Below, piece after piece: positions 19,539 through 29,402 of a DNA stretch of 64,000 nucleotides. The first letter of the stretch is position 1. Every line of letters starts with the position of its first letter. Under the pieces are notes generated by a model, which was given only the letters and a program-made list of their open reading frames with translations, searched no databases and was not told the origin of the DNA. The DNA lies in the NCBI GenBank assembly GCA_000146465.1, contig CP001944.1; one strand, 5' to 3'. The position numbers were made by a program, and so were the translations under genes.

Positions 19539-21059
19539 CTATAGTTCTCTCCTGGGGAGATGACCATGTAGGATCTCGTCTTCTAGCACTGATCCATCGG
19601 GGACATAAATTTCCTTTTTCTCGTCCACTAATACGATGATTGTTCCTTTAAGAACTACATTCTTTCCAAATGTGATATTCCCACTAACCGTCAAGTGATC
19701 CAGCTCAAGAATGTCAGGGATCCCTTTAAAGCATTTTTCATAACTCTCTATCTTCGAAAAGTTCTCTCCCTCTAGCTTAACCACAGGGCATGCTCTTGGG
19801 ACTCTCGATGGATGAAGTTGTAGAGTACCATTCTTCTCGACAAACAAATTGCTCTCAACAAGAAATAGGTCGGAGCAAGTCTTCACAGGAAGAAATCTAG
19901 ACCGGGGAACCACTATTCCGCAGGAATTTGGAAAGTACTTGATTGCAGATCCTATGGCTGTTTCTAGTTGGATAACCGTTTCCTTACCTAAAGTCTTTTT
20001 ATTCTCGATGATATCTAGATCAAAAAATCCTTCTTCTAACTTCTTCTTCATGTCCTTCAAGTTGATCCAAATATTGTTCGTGTTGAATATTGTAAACTTC
20101 CTGAAGTTGGTAAACTCAGACTTCTTGTTCGATGGAACTTGAGCTATCTCAAGGAGTCTCAGTGCTCCTTTATACTCTATAAGAGTTCCCCCCTTGACAT
20201 CGGCACGTGTTTTATCAGTAACCTCCATAAGAAATCCTAAGTTATTAGTGGCGAAGTATTCCAGTAGCTTTAGATCGACTGTGGAAGCTAGGTTGTCAAT
20301 GTTAGACACAAAAAGATATTCATATCCTTCATTTAGCAGTTCTTCAAGCATTCCACTGTTTTTCAATGAGTAGAATAAATCTCCATGTCCGGGCGGGTAC
20401 ATTCCTTTATCTCCGTATGAAGACGATACAGGAAGTAGTGTTTCCGATGAAATCCTAGGGAATTTACTTTGTGAGAACTTCCTGATTCCATCATATCGGA
20501 ATACAATCTTTTCTGTCATGCACTCAGTATTGAACGAATTCATCAGTATCAACGGAACTTCAATGTCATACTTGGTGTTCAAATATCTCATCTGCTTCAC
20601 AACTAGATCTATGAAATTCTTTCCATCCTTAATTGTTATGGCACTTTTTGGCCCATTGCATCCCATTGTTGTTCCCAACCCTCCGTTAAGCTTCAGCACT
20701 GCCAGCTTCTTCACCAACTCCTTTGATTTTTCACTTGGATCGGGTATATCGCTATACTGAATAATCTTGTCCTTTGGAGATTTAATGTCTTCCCATACTA
20801 TCTTTTCGCTTCTAGTTCTGAGATATCTCTCAAATAGACGATAGAATTCATTTAAATCGATAGGATTGGAATGTCTTTTCTTCATTTTCTCCAATATCTC
20901 TTTCATTTCCTTCAGAAGCTTGCAAGTACACTTGTCGTCAAACTCATCTAGAGACTTATGGAAGTCTTTAGCTTCATCACCAGAAAGCGTTGTTTCCTTC
21001 CCATTTTCTTCTTGCATATGTCTTTTCTCCTCCATTTCCTTTTTATATAGTCGTTTCAT
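19539..21059 (-). CDS. UTP-glucose-1-phosphate uridylyltransferase (UGPase)
   Basis: LAVLKLNGGLGTTMGCNGPKSAITIKDGKNFIDL is the UGPase signature. Length 506 aa. Confidence 0.9.
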   Translation of the reverse strand: MKRLYKKEMEEKRHMQEENGKETTLSGDEAKDFHKSLDEFDDKCTCKLLKEMKEILEKMKKRHSNPIDLNEFYRLFERYLRTRSEKIVWEDIKSPKDKIIQYSDIPDPSEKSKELVKKLAVLKLNGGLGTTMGCNGPKSAITIKDGKNFIDLVVKQMRYLNTKYDIEVPLILMNSFNTECMTEKIVFRYDGIRKFSQSKFPRISSETLLPVSSSYGDKGMYPPGHGDLFYSLKNSGMLEELLNEGYEYLFVSNIDNLASTVDLKLLEYFATNNLGFLMEVTDKTRADVKGGTLIEYKGALRLLEIAQVPSNKKSEFTNFRKFTIFNTNNIWINLKDMKKKLEEGFFDLDIIENKKTLGKETVIQLETAIGSAIKYFPNSCGIVVPRSRFLPVKTCSDLFLVESNLFVEKNGTLQLHPSRVPRACPVVKLEGENFSKIESYEKCFKGIPDILELDHLTVSGNITFGKNVVLKGTIIVLVDEKKEIYVPDGSVLEDEILHGHLPRREL

Positions 21060-21258
21060 TTCGATTTGTCAATATCAATCTTTCTGTTGGCTAGAATATT
21101 AGGAATTAACAAGATGTCAGAGTTAGTGCAATGGTTGGATATGTAGGGAAGTTTGACAGGAATCTTCCATTTTACAAACCAAGAATAAGGGGAATTTTAT
21201 GGAACCAATCAAAGGCTGCTCTTCAGAGGAACTGATGAGAAGTATTTTATTAGTATAA

Positions 21259-24200
21259 TTAGAAAGGTTCCTCATTCCTTCGTTTTTTGTTGCCATCTTG
21301 ATCCTTACTCTTATTTTTGTTTGAGAAGTTGGGTGTTAGTACTGAGTAAGATGGACTCGTTGGAGAATATGATGGACTCGTCGGAGAATAGGAAGGGCTT
21401 GTAGGGGAGTAAGATGGACTCGTCGGAGAATAGGAAGGGCTTGTAGGGGAGTAAGATGGACTCGTTGGAGAATAGGAAGGGCTAGTGGGAGATAGCCTTC
21501 CACTTAGGTCTCTAGGATATGCCATTTCGAGATGTGTTGGGCTCCAGTTCCCGCTACTAATTGAGAAGGAATCTGATGAAGGAGTACTAATCACCGGAGT
21601 TACAGGCTCATTAGGCTTGAACACTGGATTAGATAATGGAATGGCTTTATCCAGTTTCTTCACGTCCAGCATAATCTCGACATTTCCAGTCCCCATGGGT
21701 GCTAGCTGCCCCATCATGATGTTCTCCGTTATCCCTCTACATAGGTTCTTCTCCGAAACTAGTGCTGCATCCAAAAGGATTTCCACCGTTTCTTCAAACG
21801 AGCTTCTTTTCAACGCACCAGCCCCAACCTTATTGACACCGTGACGAGTTATTCCGCAGAGATACCCCCTCATAGTCATCACATCAGCTAGAAGACTCAT
21901 GTGTCGATAGTTGACATAAGACCCATTTCCATCTATTACTATGGCCAACTCTCTTAAGATAGATTCTCTCGCTGCCTCTATTCCTAAGGTTTCTGCAATC
22001 TCGATGAGATCATTAGAGGTTGTAAGCTGGCTGTTAACTGAAGGGTTTCCTAGAATTTGGGGGAGACAGATCCCGTCAGTCTGTAGATACCATTCTTTCC
22101 GATTCTTGTCCTCACTAATATAAACCTTCTTAATGTTTTTATATCCTCCCAACTGAAACTTCAGCAGAGAGTTCAATACTACCATGTAGAAGTTTAAAGA
22201 TTCGTCTTCTGATTTTGCAATCCGGATTCTTATCACCATATCAACTGCGTTCTCATCACTGCAGATCACATGGGCTCCATTCCCCAACTCCTTGCTGATA
22301 AATGTTGCAACATATTCTAGGTTTATTCCTCTTCCAACAAGCTTAGCTCGATCTACAACAAGCCTTATCAAGAAGGGTGTCAGGGAAGAGAAGTCCACGT
22401 CATCGTCTGGAAACTCAAAGTACGCTTCTACAAAGTCCTTGTCATCTGCAATCTCTGTACTTGTTATTTCTGGGTCATAATATATTTCGGAAGAGAGGCA
22501 CAGGTCCTTCACCGTAAGGCACTCTATCTCATTCTGGATTGTCTTTGCCAATTCAATTGTTTTACAGTGCTCCTTATCAAGATATATCTTCATGGATGGT
22601 GTTTTCAAGTTCTTTGTTACATTAAAAATCTCTTTGAGTCTAGGGACTCCCATAGTCACAGTGGAAGAAACCCCGGCAAGGTGGAATGTATTCAGTGTCA
22701 TTTGTGTTGCAGGCTCTCCAACTGACTGTGCTGCTAATGTCCCCACCATTTCGTTTGGCGTTATCTTAGCCTTTAGAATCTTTGCGCGTATCATTTCCAC
22801 TACCCAATTGAATGCCTCCGTATTTAGCTTGTGCTCAAGAAGGATTCTTTTTACACTCAAATTGGTTCTTATGAGTACATTCAGAATTTTGTTGGAAGTC
22901 ATAAGGTTCTTATGTGCCTCAAGTATGTAATAAGGAGAAACATCTCCGGCCGAAAGATGGAATTCTCTCTTTGCCGATGCTAGCAGACGAGTCAGGTTGC
23001 AAGGGCTCATCACAGCATTTTGGTAAATGTCTTTGACTCGATAGTCATGCTCTATGTCTATTTCTCCTATAGAAGATATTGGAGGCCCCTCAAATATCTC
23101 CTCGACTAACCACTCATACTCTTGATCCAGGAGCTTCTGTAGATCAACGTCAGAGCAAAGAATTCCGTAAACCTCCTCCGAAACTTGTCCTTGCTTAATT
23201 CCCAACTCTCCATTTCCAAACATATCAATATAATACCTTTTTGTAAAATTTTTTACATCGACCTTCTGTGACTCCAAGAAAGTGGCATCAAATCCGTCTT
23301 CTCCATATTTTACTTGGTATACCAGTCCATTCCCGCTCCTGACACTTTCATCTTGCCTTACAATGGCATCTTCAAGCGCTTTCACAAGTCTTCTTTGGAT
23401 ATATCCTGTCTCGGCAGTCTTGATGGCTGTATCTATCAAACCCTCTCTTCCTCCCATTGCATGGAAAAAAAACTCCTCGGGATCAAGACCTGTCAAATAA
23501 CTGTTCTCAACAAATCCTCGACTTTTTCCTGTATAGTCGTCTTTGACAAAATGTGGAAGTGTCCTCTGGGAAAACCCAAAAGGAATCCGTTTTCCTTCAA
23601 CATTCTGCTGTCCTACACAGGCTGTAACTTGTGATATGTTTATAAAAGACCCCTTCGATCCAGCAAGGACCATGGTCTTCATATTGTTATTTCCGCTGAG
23701 GCTTCTTTGTGCACTTGTTCCACTTACATCTCTTGCTCTGTTCAGTACAAGGTTTAAATGGCTTTCAAAGCTTTCCTTCATCGTCATTCCAGGAAGTCTT
23801 TCAAGCCGATTTTGACGTGCATTTTCAATGATTATAGAAACCTCCTCCTTAGCCTTTCGGATGGCTTCATCAACCATCTTTACCGTTTTGGCATCTGCAA
23901 TGGTGTCTCCTATTCCTATTGAAAACGTATGGATTCCGGTCATGAAAATATTGATCATCTTCTGAACTCCATTGAAGAACTGGGCTGCTCTTTTTGGCCC
24001 AAAGTCGTTGAATATTATGTGGATAAGTCCTCCTTGAGTTGCTCCTGCTGCCTTTTTATCAATAACTCCAGAGTGAATATACCCATTCTGTATAATAACT
24101 TTGGTGTCATTGATGTTTTCATTGTCATCTTCATTGTGTTCCGAAGAAAATCCGGTATAGTTTAGGTTTGGAAGTACAAAGCTTAGAATCTGCTTTCCCG

Positions 24201-25890
24201 TCCAAAGCTTCATAGGTTTGGCTATTGCTGGATTCTTCAGCACCTTCATAATATCGTAGTCCTTTGTTCTATTCACCCCCATGTAAGTGGTTTCTCCAGG
24301 AGCAGTGTCACTAAACTCTATATTCACTGCATACAATAGCAGCATAACTTCTCTTTCGTTCAGAAAGGTATCCCGAAGAGTAAACAGTCTCAGACCCGTA
24401 AGTGTGTCCTGCACAATGCCCATAACAGGCTTATTGGATTGAGGAGAAATAATTTGCTTAGATACAAGAGCCAGCTCCTCTAGTTCTGCCTTGGATGTAT
24501 AGCTCTGAGGCATATGAAGATTCATTTCATCTCCGTCAAAATCTGCATTATAAGGAGATGTGACACTGAGATTCAGCCTGAAGGTTTTGTCCCCCATCAC
24601 CCTAGCATAATGTGCCATCATCGACATCTTATGGAGCGAAGGCTGTCTATTGAAGAGAACAACATCCCCAGATTGCATATGTCTTTCCACAATATACCCC
24701 TCTTCTAGCCTTATGTCACTTCTATTGAAGTTCAGATCGATCTTCTGTCCATCAGACCTAAGAACATAGTTAGCTCCTGGATGCTCGTTGGGCCCTGCTC
24801 GAACAAGCTTCTCCAGCTTATCTATGTTGAATGATGTAACTCTTTCTGGAAAAGTATGGATCTTTGCCACTTCAAGAGGAACTCCAACCTCCTCCAGAGA
24901 TATGTTTGGATCAGGTGTTATCACCGTCCTTGCACTAAAGTCTACTCTTTTCCCCATAAGATTCCCTCGAATCCTTCCCTCTTTGCCCTTCAGTCTAGCT
25001 GATAGCGACTTCAGTGGCCTTCCACTCTTCTGTAGTGCTTGAGGCTGTCCTCCAAGCTCATTATCTATCAATGTGGCAACATGGAACTGAAGTAGCTGTT
25101 CATAATCCCGAACAATGTGGCCTGGTGCTCCCTCCTGCTCATATTTCTTTAAATATCCATTGGATTTTATGATGTCTGCAAGCTTGTGCGTAAGATCGTC
25201 CTCCCCTCTCAATGAGCCCTCCATCACAATCGAAGGCCTTACTGCCGGTGGAGGAACTAGCAATACAGTAAGTATCATCCACTCGGGCCTGCTATACTTT
25301 AGGTCAAACCCCATATAAACACAGTCCTCATCGCTTATCTTCTTGAATATGCTATACACCCTTTCCCCATTCAGCATCACTTTTCCTTCGTTGCTTTCTT
25401 CTCCCTTCATGAAAGCAACAAGAGTTAAGCCCTCCTTTTTAATAACAGGTTGTCTGTTCCCACAGCCGCTCTTTCCATTGTCAAGAATCTCTCCCTCGCA
25501 TACCAACTTGCTTTTGCTCATGCTCCATACATTGTTCAACGTCGACCTTACTCCTCTTTTTGATACTTTGATCTTGGAACAGTAGAAACAAACACACTCC
25601 AAAACCTTCTTAATCTTGGAAATATAACCAACATGGAACATGGGCTTGGTAAGTTCGATATGTCCAAAGTGACCTGGACACGAGAAGTTATCTCCTCCAC
25701 AGCTTTGGCAAAGATACATCCTATCTGTTGTTCCCATCCTCAGATCTATCAATCCTCCAGTCTTTGGAACTCCCCCTTCCATGACCTCGGGATGCACAAT
25801 TAAAGCAACACTTCCATTCCTTATTTCCTCTGGGGAAAACAGCCCAAACTGTATTGACTTGATCTGTTTTTTTACTTTCTCCTCAAACAT
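21259..25890 (-). CDS. RPB1: DNA-directed RNA polymerase II largest subunit (RPB1) with an 8-heptad CTD
   Basis: Full set of RPB1 conserved regions (zinc motif CQSCGG...CPGHFGHIEL, NADFDGDEMN catalytic loop, trigger/bridge helix regions). C-terminus: 8 x YSPTSPS followed by a basic tail. The first listed codon is TTG; the ATG is at 25888-25890, preceded by CCCC. Confidence 0.95.
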   Translation of the reverse strand: MFEEKVKKQIKSIQFGLFSPEEIRNGSVALIVHPEVMEGGVPKTGGLIDLRMGTTDRMYLCQSCGGDNFSCPGHFGHIELTKPMFHVGYISKIKKVLECVCFYCSKIKVSKRGVRSTLNNVWSMSKSKLVCEGEILDNGKSGCGNRQPVIKKEGLTLVAFMKGEESNEGKVMLNGERVYSIFKKISDEDCVYMGFDLKYSRPEWMILTVLLVPPPAVRPSIVMEGSLRGEDDLTHKLADIIKSNGYLKKYEQEGAPGHIVRDYEQLLQFHVATLIDNELGGQPQALQKSGRPLKSLSARLKGKEGRIRGNLMGKRVDFSARTVITPDPNISLEEVGVPLEVAKIHTFPERVTSFNIDKLEKLVRAGPNEHPGANYVLRSDGQKIDLNFNRSDIRLEEGYIVERHMQSGDVVLFNRQPSLHKMSMMAHYARVMGDKTFRLNLSVTSPYNADFDGDEMNLHMPQSYTSKAELEELALVSKQIISPQSNKPVMGIVQDTLTGLRLFTLRDTFLNEREVMLLLYAVNIEFSDTAPGETTYMGVNRTKDYDIMKVLKNPAIAKPMKLWTGKQILSFVLPNLNYTGFSSEHNEDDNENINDTKVIIQNGYIHSGVIDKKAAGATQGGLIHIIFNDFGPKRAAQFFNGVQKMINIFMTGIHTFSIGIGDTIADAKTVKMVDEAIRKAKEEVSIIIENARQNRLERLPGMTMKESFESHLNLVLNRARDVSGTSAQRSLSGNNNMKTMVLAGSKGSFINISQVTACVGQQNVEGKRIPFGFSQRTLPHFVKDDYTGKSRGFVENSYLTGLDPEEFFFHAMGGREGLIDTAIKTAETGYIQRRLVKALEDAIVRQDESVRSGNGLVYQVKYGEDGFDATFLESQKVDVKNFTKRYYIDMFGNGELGIKQGQVSEEVYGILCSDVDLQKLLDQEYEWLVEEIFEGPPISSIGEIDIEHDYRVKDIYQNAVMSPCNLTRLLASAKREFHLSAGDVSPYYILEAHKNLMTSNKILNVLIRTNLSVKRILLEHKLNTEAFNWVVEMIRAKILKAKITPNEMVGTLAAQSVGEPATQMTLNTFHLAGVSSTVTMGVPRLKEIFNVTKNLKTPSMKIYLDKEHCKTIELAKTIQNEIECLTVKDLCLSSEIYYDPEITSTEIADDKDFVEAYFEFPDDDVDFSSLTPFLIRLVVDRAKLVGRGINLEYVATFISKELGNGAHVICSDENAVDMVIRIRIAKSEDESLNFYMVVLNSLLKFQLGGYKNIKKVYISEDKNRKEWYLQTDGICLPQILGNPSVNSQLTTSNDLIEIAETLGIEAARESILRELAIVIDGNGSYVNYRHMSLLADVMTMRGYLCGITRHGVNKVGAGALKRSSFEETVEILLDAALVSEKNLCRGITENIMMGQLAPMGTGNVEIMLDVKKLDKAIPLSNPVFKPNEPVTPVISTPSSDSFSISSGNWSPTHLEMAYPRDLSGRLSPTSPSYSPTSPSYSPTSPSYSPTSPSYSPTSPSYSPTSPSYSPTSPSYSVLTPNFSNKNKSKDQDGNKKRRNEEPF
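21340..21500. repeat. Tandem 42-bp (di-heptad) perfect DNA repeats encoding the RPB1 CTD
   Basis: ggactcgtcggagaataggaagggcttgtaggggagtaagat repeated about 3.5 times with 0-1 mismatches. Each unit encodes two YSPTSPS heptads with alternating codon sets. Confidence 0.9.
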
Positions 25891-26138
25891 CAATGGGGTT
25901 TAGTCCGATGGCCTTTAAGACAGAAATTTTTGTTGTATTCCACCCCCAGAACCATTGCAGCCAGACCTACCCCTTCTACATTATCATCTTATTTGATTAA
26001 TGGTTTGCCACCACACATTGTACAGAACGGCACAATATTTTTAGTCCAAATGCCTTCCAAGAAGATAGAAAGCAGGAGACACAAACAACATAAACTTTTT
26101 GTCTCCTTTAATAGACCATTTCTCCCTTACACCTGAGT

Positions 26139-26597
26139 CTACTCGTCAGACGATATCCATTCAAATTCCTTCTCTATTCTCATCAGCTCTTCATCTGTAA
26201 TATTATACTCCACTCCAATAAACTCTGCAAGCTCTTTTGTGTTTTTGTATTTCATTTTATCCGAAATAATCTTGCAGCATAGCTCAAGAAGATATGGATA
26301 CTCAAGGTAGTTTGCTCCATTACACACATCCAGCAGCTTCTTATTGTCATACTCCATGAAAAAATTCAAGTCTGACGGCTTGAATCTTATCTCCAATGGA
26401 TTATAGTCTTCGGATAGTTGGGAAGTATCTATCTCCATGTACTTTTGGATTATCTCGAACGTAGACGACGAGACTTTAAGAGAAATGGGATATTTGCACA
26501 CTGTTGATGTGCATACGTTTTTTATCAGAACGCTCTTGTATGCTTGTTTTGTATCTACTCTAAATATACGTCCATCACTCGTCTCCACTTCAATCAT
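26139..26597 (-). CDS. SKP1: SCF ubiquitin ligase subunit Skp1
   Basis: MIEVETSDGRIFRVD (compare IKLQSSDGEIFEVD), a BTB-like N-half, and C-terminal ...EELMRIEKEFEWI (compare EEEAQVRKENQWC). The N-terminal extension in the listed ORF (to 26678) is probably not translated. Confidence 0.8.
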   Translation of the reverse strand: MIEVETSDGRIFRVDTKQAYKSVLIKNVCTSTVCKYPISLKVSSSTFEIIQKYMEIDTSQLSEDYNPLEIRFKPSDLNFFMEYDNKKLLDVCNGANYLEYPYLLELCCKIISDKMKYKNTKELAEFIGVEYNITDEELMRIEKEFEWISSDE

Positions 26598-26727
26598 TCT
26601 GGGCGAGGTTTTGGGGCTAAAAACAACAACAGAGAGAGATGCACAAGACACAGGAAAGGAACATCTGTACCGTGCCAAACTTGGTCTCTTCGTGGACTCT
26701 TAATTCTGTTTCCACCTGTAAGGGCTT

Positions 26728-27015
26728 ATGGACAAAAGAACCAGGATAGGCATAATAGGAGACGAGGAAACACTTACAGGGTTCTTGATAGCAGGAGTGG
26801 AAAATGTTCATGACAATCCAAACCTTATCCAAGTAACTCCAAGTACAACCGAAGACGATTTAAAGAGAACCTTCTACACATTGACAAGCAGAGAGGATCT
26901 GGCTATAATTCTTGTTTGTGACTTTGCAGCCGAAAAAATAAAAGAGGAGATAAATGGATATAAGGAAGTAATCCCTGCAGTCTTGGTTATTGCATCGAAA
27001 AACAAGTATGCCTAG
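26728..27015 (+). CDS. V-type proton ATPase subunit F
   Basis: IGIIGDEETLTGFLIAGV ... IPAVLVIASK matches VMA7/ATP6V1F (IAVIGDEDTVTGFLLGGIG ... IPAVLEIPSK). Confidence 0.8.
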   Translation: MDKRTRIGIIGDEETLTGFLIAGVENVHDNPNLIQVTPSTTEDDLKRTFYTLTSREDLAIILVCDFAAEKIKEEINGYKEVIPAVLVIASKNKYA

Positions 27016-27100
27016 TTTCTGTATGGACGCAATATAATAAAACTTTCTGAAAACTAATTGTTTTCTTTAAAGCAAACACAAATAAAGGAGACGATTTATT

Positions 27101-27538
27101 TCAACGATAAGACTTTTGGTATCTTGCACGAGCTCCGGGTCCTCCAAACTTCTTTGGCTCTCTCTTTCTAGAATCGGCAACAAGGCTAAATCTGTCGAAA
27201 TCCAACAGTCTCTTTTGGATTTCTTGCTTCTTCCATTCATCGAAGTAGGTTCCATAGAACGCAAGTATTGCTTTGGAAAAGGCCATCCTTACAGCATACA
27301 CACGGGAAACTTCACCGCCAATCTTGCATGTTATGTCAAACGAAAGATCCTTGATGTTGGAATGCTCAACAATGCATATGATTTCCTTCAGCTTTGCAAT
27401 CATTAAGGTGTTTGTGATGAGTTTGAAGGGAACCTTGTTAATTCTTATGGAAAACTCCCCAGAATACGTGCATACACATGTAGCAACTGCCCGCTTCTTC
27501 TTACCCTGGGTGGTGACTGACTTTACAGATCTACTCAT
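27101..27538 (-). CDS. 40S ribosomal protein uS9 (S16)
   Basis: The C-terminus [28 protein letters not shown] is near-identical to eukaryotic S16. [12 protein letters not shown] matches GRKKTATAVAHC. Confidence 0.9.
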   Translation of the reverse strand: MSRSVKSVTTQGKKKRAVATCVCTYSGEFSIRINKVPFKLITNTLMIAKLKEIICIVEHSNIKDLSFDITCKIGGEVSRVYAVRMAFSKAILAFYGTYFDEWKKQEIQKRLLDFDRFSLVADSRKREPKKFGGPGARARYQKSYR

Positions 27539-27574
27539 TGAAAGGGCTAAAGCATTTAAAAATTTTTAACCCCA
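27539..27574. promoter_or_regulatory. 36-bp bidirectional promoter region shared by the divergent ribosomal-protein genes S16 and eL13. Contains the palindrome AAAAATTTTT and C-rich motifs proximal to each start codon.
   Basis: Direct read: tgaaagggctaaagcatttaaaaatttttaacccca. GGG (CCC on the minus strand) lies 5 nt before the S16 ATG, and CCCCA directly before the eL13 ATG. Confidence 0.4.
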
Positions 27575-28066
27575 ATGAAAGGCAACCGCATACTGCCAAA
27601 CAACCATTTCCGCAAGACTTCTCTCAAGATAAAGGTCCACCACGATCCCGAGACGAAGCTCAGGATTATGAAGGAGAAAAAGATTCGAAAGGCCAAGTCA
27701 TTGTTTCCAATGCCTCTGGAAAAGCTCCGACCCATAGTTAGGTGCCCAACTATTAGATATAATAGAAATGAAAGGCTTGGAAGGGGCTTCACAGCAGCCG
27801 AGTGCAATAAGGCAGGGCTTGACTACAGGCATGCAAGACGTCTTGGAATAGCTGTTGACCTTCGAAGGAGGGATACCAATCAAGAGACTTTGGACAAGAA
27901 TGCTGAGCGTATCAAGACCTATTTGAGCAAGATTACCATATACGAAAGCATTCAAGAGGCAAGAGAAAAAGGTGCCAAGCCGTATGCAAAGGAGATCATG
28001 CCTCTTCCCAAGACCAAGCCTGTTGTTGAGTCTATTTCAAGGGAAGAAATTGCTTCTTATGAATAA
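27575..28066 (+). CDS. 60S ribosomal protein eL13
   Basis: [32 protein letters not shown]...[31 protein letters not shown] matches eL13 ([29 protein letters not shown]...IGISVDPRRRN). Confidence 0.85.
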   Translation: [163 protein letters not shown]

Positions 28067-28158
28067 ATTCGATTTTTATTTAGATGGGTCTCTTTTATAA
28101 AGATTCTCGTTTCTGAGGCTTTTTACGGAAAAAGAACCATCAAAGTTTCCATTTTTGA

Positions 28159-28241
28159 GGTGTTGTGGCCGAGTGGTCTAAGGCGACGGATTTGAAATCC
28201 GTTGAGGTTTCCTCTCGCTGGTTCGAATCCAGCCAGCATCG
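28159..28241 (+). tRNA. tRNA-Ser (anticodon UGA), class II with a long variable arm
   Basis: Manual fold. Acceptor GGTGTTG/CAGCATC (two G-U pairs), D-arm GCCGAGTGGTCTAAGGC, anticodon arm ACGGA-TTTGAAA-TCCGT giving anticodon TGA, a 15-nt variable arm, T-arm GCTGG-TTCGAAT-CCAGC and discriminator G. Followed by TTTTT (Pol III terminator). Confidence 0.8.
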
Positions 28242-28363
28242 CTTTTTGAGCATTCCGTGTTTGTATGTTCGTCAAATATATAAATTGAAACTCTTTTCCG
28301 TATACACAAAAAAGAATATTTTCAGGTGATAAGGAGGCCATCATATTAGGGACATAGGGGAAG

Positions 28364-29254
28364 ATGGAAGACCAGAAAATAAACTTAGTGCTGGAATCTT
28401 TGTCTCAGATAGAAGAAATGATGGCGGAAAAGCTCGGCGTGGGAGATGTTGAAGAAATAAGAAGGAGAGGAGGAATTGTGATGAAGGCATACAACTACAG
28501 CGAATTCAAGGAAATACGAGCCTTGAATGGAGTTGAAGGCTTGCACAAGTTGGGAAAGCAGTATATACTTAACAAACAAATTCAAGGGAAAAGCGGCTCG
28601 TCTCTGTTTTTTACAGGAAATCTTCGGTTCATTATAAAGACCATAAGAAGGTGCGAATTCCTCTGCATCCGAGGAATGATGGAGGAGTACAGGAAGTATA
28701 TTCTTGAGAATCCTAAATCTCTCTTGTGCAAGATACTTGGATGCTATAGTTTATACAGCGAAGGCAAAGAGGAGTATTTTATAGTCATGGAAAGTATGCT
28801 AGGAGGACTTGGGATACAAGAGGTGTACGATCTTAAGGGTGCATCGGTAAAAAGAAAAGGGTATTCTATGTCTAGCCTGAAGGAAGTGGATTGGATTAGA
28901 AACAAAAAGGGAATCCATCTTGGAAACCGGAAGGAAGCTATTATATCCCAGATAAAAAGCGACGTAAGGTTTCTGAGAAAACATAGAATCATGGATTATA
29001 GCTTTCTTGTATCTTTTAACTCTCGGGGTAAAGAAGATTTTACTTCGCTTCCCAGAAACAGTTATCACAGCCACACTTCCGAGGATAAAGACATACGCTT
29101 TGGAATAGTAGATATTCTCACTCAATGGACCTTCACAAAAAGAATGGAGAGGTTGTTCCATATATTCTGCTGTAAGCCAAACAGTTCTTGTCTGAATCCA
29201 GATGCATATATGGATAGGTTTTTAATGATGATTGAGTCGAATATTTTCAAGTGA
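28364..29254 (+). CDS. Phosphatidylinositol phosphate kinase (PIP4K/PIP5K catalytic core)
   Basis: GKSGSSLFFTGNLRFIIKTI, IMDYSFLVSF and FGIVDILTQWTFTKRMERL match PIPK core motifs (GKSGSFF..DRFIIKT, MDYSLLVG, GIIDILQ.Y). Confidence 0.8.
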   Translation: MEDQKINLVLESLSQIEEMMAEKLGVGDVEEIRRRGGIVMKAYNYSEFKEIRALNGVEGLHKLGKQYILNKQIQGKSGSSLFFTGNLRFIIKTIRRCEFLCIRGMMEEYRKYILENPKSLLCKILGCYSLYSEGKEEYFIVMESMLGGLGIQEVYDLKGASVKRKGYSMSSLKEVDWIRNKKGIHLGNRKEAIISQIKSDVRFLRKHRIMDYSFLVSFNSRGKEDFTSLPRNSYHSHTSEDKDIRFGIVDILTQWTFTKRMERLFHIFCCKPNSSCLNPDAYMDRFLMMIESNIFK

Positions 29255-29402
29255 CAAGTCTTTAGAAAGAACAAATCAACATCTTCAAAACATGAGTGAT
29301 TGAGTAGAACTCTCAAGTCCTTGACTTCGACATTTGGGAGATAAAATCCTATTTGTCTTTGTTTGAGTATAAACAGCAAATTGAAACCAGAATCAATCCC
29401 AA

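Noticed and set aside
21340-21500. Tandem 42-bp repeats considered as minisatellite, CRISPR-like or mobile-element repeat
   Set aside because: They are in-frame codons for the RPB1 CTD heptads (YSPTSPS). The genome is eukaryotic, there are no spacers, and there are no cas genes.
21485-25585. Dozens of 60-120-aa plus-strand ORFs inside the minus-strand RPB1 gene (e.g. 21485..21844, 22592..22930, 23314..23634)
   Set aside because: They are antisense to a strongly supported, conserved 1544-aa CDS. They have Ser/Leu/Pro-rich junk composition and no motifs. They are expected by chance inside a long ORF of moderate GC.
28123-28344. 73-aa minus-strand ORF overlapping tRNA-Ser
   Set aside because: It overlaps a well-folded tRNA gene and has no protein-like features. 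It is an ORF-caller artefact.
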